The notes under the pieces: model-generated | The model's database searches: none | What the model saw: only the letters and a program-made list of their open reading frames with translations | What the model was told of the DNA's origin: nothing | Shown: piece after piece, positions 16,117 to 23,489 of the stretch | How the letters are laid out: each line of letters begins with the position of its first letter | How positions within the stretch are numbered: the stretch's first letter is position 1 | Made by a program: the position numbers and the translations under genes | Assembly: GCF_001457615.1 (NCBI RefSeq) | Contig: NZ_LN831024.1 | Location: 300,001-332,000 of the forward strand | Reading direction: 5' to 3' | Length of the DNA: 32,000 nucleotides | Source: Pseudomonas aeruginosa | Lineage (GTDB): Bacteria > Pseudomonadota > Gammaproteobacteria > Pseudomonadales > Pseudomonadaceae

Positions 16117-17088
16117 ATGGACGACCTAACCGGCATTCCCGAAGACCCGCAGGAGGCCGCGCTGGCCTTGCTGCACAGCCGTGCCGAAGTGGCCCGGCTG
16201 AAGGAGCGCGAGCAACTCTTCAGCGCCTTGCTGGCCAGCGTCAACTCGGTGCTCTGGGCCTACGACTGGCAGAACCGGCGAATGGTCTACGTCAGTCCCG
16301 CCTACGAGAAAATCTTCGGCCGTTCCGCGGCGCTGCTGCTGGCGGACTACGAGGAATGGCGCAACAGCATCTACCCGGACGACCTCGACTACGCCGACAG
16401 CAGCCTGCTGCAGGTGCTCGAACGTGGCGCCGTGGAACAACGCGAATACCGCATCGTGCGTGGCGACGGCGAGGTCCGCTGGCTCAACGACAAGTGCTTC
16501 GTCAGCCGCCAGGGCGAGGCGGGACTGCCGCTGATGGTGGTGGGCATCGCCGAGGACATCACCGACAAGAAGCACATGGAGAGCGAGCTGCAACGGCTGG
16601 CCACCACCGACGTGCTGACCCAGAGCAGCAACCGTCGCTATTTCTTCGACAGTGCCGAGGCGGCCTTCAAGGAGTGTCGCCGCGAGGGGATACCGTTGGC
16701 GTTCCTGCTGCTGGACGTCGATGACTTCAAGAAGATCAACGACCGCTTCGGCCACCAGGTCGGCGACCAGGTCCTCCAGCGTATCGCCCAGAGCGGCAGT
16801 GCCGCGCTGCGCCGTGGCGACCTGTTCGGGCGGATCGGCGGCGAGGAGTTCGCCGTGCTGCTGCCCGGCTGCGACGAGCAGACCGCGCGACAGATCGGCG
16901 AACGCCTGCAGCGCGAGGTGCAACGCCTGCGCTTCCAGGAGGGCGAGCACAGCTTCGGGATCACCGTCAGCCAGGGCCTGACGGTCCTCCAGGCCGATGA
17001 CGAGGGACTCGGTGCCCTCTACAGCCGGGCCGACGCCGCGATGTACTCGGCCAAGCGCCAGGGCAAGGACTGCATCGTCGTGGGCTGA
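16117..17088 (+). CDS. PAS-GGDEF diguanylate cyclase with intact inhibitory site
   Basis: The track start 16078 is TTG; the first ATG is 16117 (MDDLTGIPEDPQ...), giving 323 aa. Coiled-coil, then PAS/PAC (SVLWAYDWQNRRMVYVSPAYEKIFG ... EYRIVRGDGEVRWL), then GGDEF with GGEEF in RIGGEEFAVLL and RxxD (RRGD) five residues upstream. No clear SD at either start. Confidence 0.9.
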   Translation: MDDLTGIPEDPQEAALALLHSRAEVARLKEREQLFSALLASVNSVLWAYDWQNRRMVYVSPAYEKIFGRSAALLLADYEEWRNSIYPDDLDYADSSLLQVLERGAVEQREYRIVRGDGEVRWLNDKCFVSRQGEAGLPLMVVGIAEDITDKKHMESELQRLATTDVLTQSSNRRYFFDSAEAAFKECRREGIPLAFLLLDVDDFKKINDRFGHQVGDQVLQRIAQSGSAALRRGDLFGRIGGEEFAVLLPGCDEQTARQIGERLQREVQRLRFQEGEHSFGITVSQGLTVLQADDEGLGALYSRADAAMYSAKRQGKDCIVVG

Positions 17089-17411
17089 CCGCTGGGCAAA
17101 CGTTTCCGTTTTGTCGACGGCGCCACGGAATACCTCTTTGGGGAGGCGACCGGCAGGTCGCGGCTGCGGTACAATATTCCTTAAAGCTATTAAATATGAA
17201 TAATTAATTCTTTTTAGGTTTATTGCGGATATTTTACTGTTTATTACCCACGCGCTATAAAGCGCGGGAAATAACGATTTCTGAAACGTGGCGGTAACTC
17301 GCCAGAAAGGAAGCTGTAATAGGCGGTTTTCTGCCGACACCCTTCGGCCCGTCAGCCGGGAGAAGGGCAGGAAGCCCGAGAGGACGCGAAGGCGGAGCCC
17401 GATGGAAAGAT

Positions 17412-17427
17412 TGGCTTACAAATTGCC
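17412..17427 (+). promoter_or_regulatory. Sigma54 (RpoN) -24/-12 promoter upstream of oprE
   Basis: Read directly: TGGCttacaaaTTGCc, with exact GG-N10-GC spacing matching TGGCAC-N5-TTGCW. It lies ~275 nt upstream of the oprE ATG. I recall published RpoN dependence of oprE (memory, not checked). Confidence 0.7.
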
Positions 17428-17700
17428 TTCACTGGCGGTGGGTCGAGACACCCGCCGCACAATAACAAGACACGAGTACGCCCATGCACACGCTTCCGTT
17501 CGCTGCCTCCCTGCCTGCTTGCCTGCCCCGTCGTTCCATCGTCGCGGGTTGCGCCGTTTCCTGATCCATCGAATGCCGAGTTTCGCGCGCGCCATCTTCC
17601 GGGATGGTACGGCGCTCAGTGTTTCAACGACCGGTCGGGCCCACGCGTTCCACTTCCCCCGACCGGAAGACAATTAGCAATACCAATGGGGAAAAGACCA

Positions 17701-19083
17701 ATGAAGAGTCGCAAGATCAACAAGTCACGACTGGCCCTGGCCATCACTGCCGGTACCCTCGGTGCCCTGGCGCAACAGGCGGTCGCCGCCGGTTTCATCG
17801 AGGACAGCAAGGCATCGCTGACCCTGCGCAACTTCTACATCAATACCGACAACCGCAATGGCACCGCCTCGCCGAGCAAGCAGGAAGAGTGGGGCCAGGG
17901 CTTCATCCTGAATTACCAGTCGGGCTTCACCCAGGGCACCGTCGGCTTCGGCGTTGACGCGCTGGGCCTGCTCGGCGTGCGCCTGGACGGCGGCGGCCGT
18001 GCCGGCAAGAGCGGCCTGGACCGCCAGCCGGGCACCGTGTTCCCGCTGGAAAGCAACGGCGAGCCGGTGCACGACTTCGCCAGCCTGGGCCTGACCGCCA
18101 AGGCCAAGGTGTCCAACACCGAGTTCCGCTACGGCACCCTGCAGCCGAAGCTGCCGGTGGTCACCTACAACGACGGCCGCCTGCTGCCGGTCACCTTCGA
18201 GGGCGGCCAGGTCACCTCGACCGACCTCAAGGACTTCACCCTGGTTGCCGGCCAACTGGAGCACTCCAAGGGCCGTAACTCCACCGACAACCGCAGCCTG
18301 AGCATCGCCGGCGCCAACGGCAGCAGCGCCAGTTCGCGCGACAGCAACAAGTTCTACTACGCGGGTGGCGACTACAAGGTCAACAAGGACCTGACCCTGC
18401 AGTACTACTACGGCAACCTGGACGACTTCTACAAGCAGCACTTCCTCGGCCTGATCCACAACTGGCAGATTGGCCCGGGCGTCCTGAAGACCGACCTGCG
18501 CGCCTTCGACAGCAGCTCCGACGGCAAGAACGGCAGCCGTTCCGGCCGTGCCGACGGCTACGTCAGCAGCGGCTACTACGGCAGCGGCGTGACCAAGGGC
18601 GAAGTCGACAACCGCGCCTTCAGCGGCCTCTTCACCTATACCGTCAGCGGCCACAGCATCGGCGCCGGCTACCAGATCCTCAACGGCGACAGTGACTTCC
18701 CGTTCCTGAACCGTGGCGATGGCGAAGGTTCTACCGCGTACCTGATCACCGACGTGCAGATCGGCAAGTTCCAGCGTGCCGGCGAGCGCACCTGGCAGGT
18801 CCGCTACGGCTACGACTTCGCCACCGTCGGCGTGCCGGGCCTGACCTTCAATACCATTTACCTGAGCGGCGACAAGATCAAGACCGCCCGCGGCGACCAG
18901 AGCGAGTGGGAACGCGATATCTCCCTGGCCTACGTGATCCCGGACGGCACCTTCAAGGGCCTGGGCTTCACCTGGAAGAACGCCTCCTTCCGCAGCGGCC
19001 TGCCGGCTGCCGGTTCGAGCAACAACCAGCGCGACCAGGACGAGAACCGCCTGATCGTCAGCTACACCCTGCCGCTGCTGTAA
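17701..19083 (+). CDS. oprE: OprD/Occ-family outer-membrane porin
   Basis: The track ORF starts at ATG 17686. I prefer ATG 17701 (GGGGA 8 nt upstream), giving 460 aa: MKSRKINKSRLALAITAGTLGALAQQAVAAGFIEDSKASLTLRNFYINTDNRNG..., the signal peptide and hallmark OprD-family N-terminus. Beta-barrel-like alternating sequence throughout. Confidence 0.95.
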   Translation: MKSRKINKSRLALAITAGTLGALAQQAVAAGFIEDSKASLTLRNFYINTDNRNGTASPSKQEEWGQGFILNYQSGFTQGTVGFGVDALGLLGVRLDGGGRAGKSGLDRQPGTVFPLESNGEPVHDFASLGLTAKAKVSNTEFRYGTLQPKLPVVTYNDGRLLPVTFEGGQVTSTDLKDFTLVAGQLEHSKGRNSTDNRSLSIAGANGSSASSRDSNKFYYAGGDYKVNKDLTLQYYYGNLDDFYKQHFLGLIHNWQIGPGVLKTDLRAFDSSSDGKNGSRSGRADGYVSSGYYGSGVTKGEVDNRAFSGLFTYTVSGHSIGAGYQILNGDSDFPFLNRGDGEGSTAYLITDVQIGKFQRAGERTWQVRYGYDFATVGVPGLTFNTIYLSGDKIKTARGDQSEWERDISLAYVIPDGTFKGLGFTWKNASFRSGLPAAGSSNNQRDQDENRLIVSYTLPLL

Positions 19084-19099
19084 GCTCCGGCCGGACAGG

Positions 19100-19137
19100 A
19101 AAAAGCCCGCGTCCTCCTGGAGGACGCGGGCTTTTTT
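19100..19137. terminator. Bidirectional rho-independent terminator shared by convergent oprE and aguA
   Basis: aaaaa-gcccgcgtcct (19105-19115), loop cctgg, aggacgcgggc (19121-19131), then tttttt. An 11-bp GC-rich stem flanked by an A-tract and a T-tract. Confidence 0.88.
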
Positions 19138-19217
19138 CATTCATGGCGCCACTCGGCGTGCCGGGCCGGCCAGGGCGAACAGCGCCGCGGCTGGCCATCC
19201 GCCCTGCGGGATGCCCG

Positions 19218-20324
19218 TCAGGCCTTGCGCGGCGCCGGTTGCTGCTGGGTGATGCAATGGATGTTGCCGCCGCCGAGGAGGATCTCGCGCCCCGGGACCA
19301 TCACCACCTCGTGCTCGGGGAACACGCGCTGGAGGATCGCCCTGGCCTCGGCGTCCTTGGGATCGTCGAAGCTCGGCGCGATGATGCCGCCGTTGACGAT
19401 CAGGAAGTTCACGTAGGAGCCGGCCAGGCGAATGGAGGGATCGCGCGGCTGGCTGCCCTCGACGATATCCACGCCGTCGCACTCTTCCTGGGTCGCGTAC
19501 AGCGGGCCGGGGATCGGCATCTTGTGTACCACCAGCTTGCGTCCCTTGGCGTCGCGGCTTTCTTCCAGCACGCGGAGGGCGGCCTGGCAGCGCAGGTAGT
19601 TCGGGTCGTCCTGGTCGTCGGTCCAGGCCAGCAGCACCTCGCCGGGACGCGCGTAGCAGCAGAAGTTGTCGACGTGGCCGTCGGTCTCGTCGTTGTAGAG
19701 GCCGTTCGGCAGCCAGATGATGCTCTCCACCGCAAGGTAGTCGCGCAGGGTCCGCTCGATCTCCGCCTGGCTCAGGTGCGGGTTGCGGTTGTGGTTGAGC
19801 AGGCATTCCTCGGTGGTGATCAGCGTGCCTTCGCCGTCGACGTGGATCGAGCCGCCCTCGAGGACGAAGTCGTCGGTGCGGTAGCGGGCGCGCCGTTCGA
19901 TCTCGAGGATCTTGCGTGCCACCTGGTCGTCGCGCTGCCAGGGGAAGTACAGGCCGCCTTCGAAGCCGCCCCAGGCGTTGAAGCCCCAGTCGACGCCGCG
20001 TACATCGCCCTTGTCGTCGATGACGAAGGTCGGGCCGGTGTCGCGGACCCAGGCATCGTCGCTGCTGATTTCCACGACGCGGATGTTGCCGTCGTCGAGG
20101 CGTGCGCGCGCGTTCTCGTACTGCCCGGCGCTGGCGCAGACGGTGACCGGCTCGAAGCGCGCGATGGCCTTGGCCACCGCGGCGAAGGCCGCCTGGGCCG
20201 GCTTGCCGCCGTTGCGCCAGTTGTCCGGGCGTTCCGGCCAGACCATCCAGGTCTGCTCGTGGGGTTCCCATTCGGCGGGCATGCGGAAGCCGTCGGCGCG
20301 TGGGGTGCTGGTCGGGTTGCTCAT
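19218..20324 (-). CDS. aguA: Agmatine deiminase
   Basis: 368 aa, AGGAG 5 nt upstream of the ATG. Family-typical [25 protein letters not shown] and the C-terminal catalytic Cys context [13 protein letters not shown]. Confidence 0.96.
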
Positions 20325-20409
20325 CGCTGCTCCTGAAATCGTTGCTATGCGCGGCGGACGCCGGCGCGGAATGCGCGGGGCGTCCCCGCGCGGATCGTTT
20401 CCCGAGGCC

Positions 20410-21288
20410 TCAGGACTCCAGCGAACCGTCCAGGGTCTTCAGCGGACCGTAGAGGTTCGGCCGGCGGTCGCGGAACACGCCCCAGGCGCTGCGGGTGCGC
20501 TCCAGCGCATCGAGGTCGAAGGTGTGGACAAGGATACCTTCCTCGGTGCGGTTCAGCTCCTCGACTTTCTCGCCGAACGGGTCGGCGATGAACGAAGAAC
20601 CATAGAAGGTGATGTCGTAGCCATCCTGCTCCTCGCGGCCGATGCGGTTGGAAGCCACCAGCGGCATCAGGTTGGCTCCGGCATGGCCTTGCTGCACGCG
20701 CTGCCAGTGATCGCGCGAGCTGATGCTGGCGTCGTGCGGTTCGCTACCGATGGCGGTCGGGTAGAACAGGAGTTCCGCGCCGAGCAAGGCCATGCTGCGC
20801 GCCGATTCGGGGAACCACTGGTCCCAGCAGATACCGACGCCGATCCGTGCGTAGCGGGTCTGCCAGACCTTGAAGCCGGTGTCGCCCGGATTGAAGTAGT
20901 ACTTCTCGTGGTAGCCCGGGCCGTCCGGGATGTGGCTCTTGCGGTAGACCCCGAGGTTGCCGCCATCGGCGTCGATGACCGCGATGCTGTTGAAGCGGGC
21001 GCGCCCGGCGCGTTCGAAGAAGCTGATCGGCAATACCACCTGCAACTCCCGGGCGAGGGCCTGGAAGTGGGCGATGGCGGCGTTCTCCTCGACCGTGGTG
21101 GCCAGCTGCAGGTAGTCCGGGTTCGGCTTCTGGCAGAAGTAGGGGGTCTCGAACAGTTCCTGGATCAGGATGATCTGCGCACCCCTGGCGGCGGCCTGGC
21201 GCACCAGTTTCTCGGCGCGGGCGATGTTCGCCGGACGATCCCAGGAGCAGGCCATCTGGGTGGCGGCGACGGTGACGTTGCGGGTCAT
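20410..21288 (-). CDS. aguB: N-carbamoylputrescine amidohydrolase (nitrilase/CN-hydrolase superfamily)
   Basis: 292 aa. CN-hydrolase fold signatures ([17 protein letters not shown], catalytic Cys in [12 protein letters not shown]). Immediately upstream of aguA. Confidence 0.96.
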
Positions 21289-21386
21289 GGAGCACCTCGT
21301 GTGCTGGCTCGGATGGCTGCCGGGCTTGGCGGCGGCCGGTTGTGGGTCGGGCGGGAACGGGGTGTCGCGCCCGATCGAGTGATGGG

Positions 21387-21477
21387 CGGATTTATATCCG
21401 ATAAAAATCGGACTGTGAAGCGGTTTAAGAGGGTGTTATGGATTTTCTATCGATTTAAATCGGATATAAATCCGGAT
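21387..21477. promoter_or_regulatory. Two clusters of phased ATCSGAT-type half-sites (candidate AguR operators), forming a 16-bp inverted repeat 56 bp apart
   Basis: Read directly. Left cluster: CGGAT-ttat-ATCCGAT-aaaa-ATCGGA (21387-21412). Right cluster: ATCGAT-ttaa-ATCGGAT-ataa-ATCCGGAT (21449-21477). cggatttatatccgat (21387-21402) is the exact reverse complement of atcggatataaatccg (21459-21474). Confidence 0.65.
21391..21419 (-). promoter_or_regulatory. Sigma70-type promoter of aguBA (TTCACA-N17-TATAAA)
   Basis: Reverse strand reads TTCACA (21419-21414), a 17-nt spacer, then TATAAA (21396-21391). The predicted leader is ~95 nt to the aguB ATG. This is a sequence-based prediction only. 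Confidence 0.55.
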
Positions 21478-22112
21478 AATGGTTCGCTACGCTTTTCCAG
21501 GATCGGCGGCAGGTAGAGCCCCAGGTAGGCGTCGAACACCCGCATGCCTTCTTCCGCCAGGCGTGCGTCGATGATCCCGTGACGCTGGACCGACAATGCG
21601 TAAACGCGATCGCCTAGCTCCATGGCCAGGCTGAAGATCTCGATATCGGTCGGCAGCGGTGGCAGCAGGAAATGCCGCTCGAACAGGGCGCGCATGGCCT
21701 GGCCGAGTTGCACGTCATGCTGGCGATCGGCCTGGGTGACTTCGGCCAGGCCGTGGCTGGCGAGAATCAGTTGGCGGGCCGCCGCGTCGCGGGCGTAGAC
21801 CGCCAGCATGCGCTCCTCGACGATCCGCGACAGGTCGCGCCAGCAGCGCAGGCCTGCATGGTCCACCGGCTGTTCGAGGCACGCGCGGAAGGCGGCGTGG
21901 ACCTCGCCGGTCAGCCCCTGGAGCAGGGCCGGCACGCTGGGGAAGAAGTGGTAGACCGACGATGGCGGCATTTCCGCGCGTTCGGCCACGCTATAGATGG
22001 TCAGGCCGCCGATGCCTTCGTCGGCGAGCAGGCCGCGGGCGGCGTCGAGGATCGCGGCGATCCGGGCCTGGCTGCTGGCGCGGGGCTTGCGGGTGGACGA
22101 GGTGGGCTGCAT
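21447..22112 (-). CDS. aguR: TetR-family repressor of the agmatine deiminase operon
   Basis: The track start 22154 is GTG; ATG 22112 has GGAG 7 nt upstream (MQPTSSTRKPRASSQARIAAILDAARGLL...), giving 221 aa. TetR HTH LTIYSVAERAEMPPSSVYHFFPS. Same orientation as aguBA and directly upstream of it. Confidence 0.92.
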   Translation of the reverse strand: MQPTSSTRKPRASSQARIAAILDAARGLLADEGIGGLTIYSVAERAEMPPSSVYHFFPSVPALLQGLTGEVHAAFRACLEQPVDHAGLRCWRDLSRIVEERMLAVYARDAAARQLILASHGLAEVTQADRQHDVQLGQAMRALFERHFLLPPLPTDIEIFSLAMELGDRVYALSVQRHGIIDARLAEEGMRVFDAYLGLYLPPILEKRSEPLSGFISDLNR

Positions 22113-22172
22113 GGCGGGTCTCCGGGCGTGAGCGGCTATTGGACGCCAGCTCACGCGACCGGGGCAAGCCGC

Positions 22173-23234
22173 TCAGTGGCTGGCGCCGCGGAAGGCCTTC
22201 CAGATCTCGTCGACCACCGGCCGGAGCTTTTCCGGCGGCGTTTCCAGGGCGAACAGGCGGCGGCTGGTGTCGCGGTCCGGATACAGGCCCGGTTGCTGGC
22301 GCAGGGCGGGATCGAGGAAGCCGGCGGCGTCGGCGTTGCCGCTGGGGTAGAGGGTGGCGGCGGTGATCTGTGCGGCGATCTTCGGTTGCATCAGGTAGTC
22401 GATGAAACGGTGCGCCTCGCGTGGATGCTGGGCGCCGGCCGGGATCACCAGGTTGTCGATGAACAGCACCGAGCCTTCCTGCGGTACCTCGAAACTTACC
22501 GGCTGGCCCGCCTTGGCCGCGCGCAGGGCGTCGCCGACCCAGGCCATGGCCAGGCAGAGGCGACCGCCTTCGAGGTCGGCGATGTAGCGCTCGCTGTCGA
22601 CGTAGCGCAGGTTCGGTCGCAGTCCGTGCAGCGCCTCGGCGGCGCGGCGTACCTGGCTCGGCGCAGTACGACCGAGGTTGCGGCCCTGGTAGTTGAGGAG
22701 GATCGCCAGGGTTTCGTCCGGCGCGTCCAGCAGGCTGATGCCGCAGCTTTTCAGGCGCTGGCTCTGGCTGGCGTCGAACAGCAGGCTCCAGCTGTTGGGC
22801 AGCGGCCCGCCATAGGCGGCTTCGGCCTGCGGGGTATTGATGGCCAGGCCTACGGCACCCCATAGATAGGGGACGGCGTGGCGATTGTCAGGATCGACCG
22901 CGGCCAGTTTGCTCAGCAATTGACGGTCGAGATGGCTGCGGTTGGGCAGCTGGGTGAAGTCCAGCGGCCGCAGCAGGTTGTCCTTCAGCAGGGCCGGCAG
23001 GGTGTCGTGGGAGGGGACGGCGACGTCGATCGCCTCGCCACTGCGCAGCGCCTTGTCCAGTTCCTCGGCGGTGGCGAAGGTGTGGTACTCGACGCGGATG
23101 CCGGTGTCCTTCTGGAAGGACTCGAGCACCTGCGGGTCGATGTAGTCGTTCCAGTTGTAGACGCGCAGGGTCTCCTCGGCCTGGGCCAGCCAGGGTGCGA
23201 GGGCGAGGAACAGCAGGGCGGAAAGGCGGGGCAT
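22173..23234 (-). CDS. Periplasmic PotD/PotF-family polyamine-type binding protein without adjacent permease or ATPase genes
   Basis: The track ORF begins at ATG 23312, but a signal peptide only appears from ATG 23234 (MPRLSALLFLALAPWLAQAEETLRVYNWNDYIDPQVLESF...), giving 353 aa. It is a paralogue of spuD/spuE in this window (shared YNW.DYI.P, VPS, PYLWG motifs). Confidence 0.88.
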   Translation of the reverse strand: MPRLSALLFLALAPWLAQAEETLRVYNWNDYIDPQVLESFQKDTGIRVEYHTFATAEELDKALRSGEAIDVAVPSHDTLPALLKDNLLRPLDFTQLPNRSHLDRQLLSKLAAVDPDNRHAVPYLWGAVGLAINTPQAEAAYGGPLPNSWSLLFDASQSQRLKSCGISLLDAPDETLAILLNYQGRNLGRTAPSQVRRAAEALHGLRPNLRYVDSERYIADLEGGRLCLAMAWVGDALRAAKAGQPVSFEVPQEGSVLFIDNLVIPAGAQHPREAHRFIDYLMQPKIAAQITAATLYPSGNADAAGFLDPALRQQPGLYPDRDTSRRLFALETPPEKLRPVVDEIWKAFRGASH

Positions 23235-23379
23235 GGAATCTTCTCGCTGGACGGAACGGAGCGGACGATGGTGCCGGAGCCAGGCGGCAGAGGCATTGAT
23301 GCAGGCCAGCATCGAGTCTGGCGGGAGGCGTGGCGGCAGGCTGTGCCGTGGCGCACATTTCCCGGTTCCGAGAAAAGGA

Positions 23380-23438
23380 CCGGGGCGGTTTCCCAGACAC
23401 AGACGCCCCCGCGTTGAGTGTCTGCGAAACCGCCCCGG
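23380..23438 (-). terminator. Long hairpin terminator downstream of spuI
   Basis: ccggggcggtttc (23380-23392) pairs with gaaaccgccccgg (23426-23438), and cagacac (23394-23400) pairs with gtgtctg (23418-23424), with one C/C mismatch between the two helices. On the minus strand it is followed by UCCUUUUCU. It lies 52 nt after the spuI stop. Confidence 0.75.
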
Positions 23439-23489
23439 ATTTCGCTGCGTACGGCGCCGGCCCAGGACCGGCGCGCCGATACCGCTACC

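Noticed and set aside
17171-17285. AT-rich islet considered as a horizontally acquired or mobile-element remnant
   Set aside because: It is only ~115 bp long, has no flanking direct or inverted repeats, no ORF and no integrase or tRNA nearby. It sits at enhancer distance from a sigma54 promoter, so a regulatory or bending role is the simpler reading. The same logic applies to the small AT-rich islets at 8640-8700, 21385-21480 and 24870-25100, all of which lie in promoter regions.
17289-17302. Second sigma54-like string TGGCGGTAACTCGC
   Set aside because: GG and GC are one base too close (GG-N9-GC instead of GG-N10-GC) and the -12 element is CGC rather than TTGC. The site at 17412-17427 is a far better match.
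17288-17677. 129-aa (+) and 85-aa (-) ORFs in the oprE upstream region
   Set aside because: They have no SD and an R/P/S-rich, compositionally odd translation. They span the sigma54 promoter and its leader, and the region is better explained as regulatory and 5'-UTR sequence.
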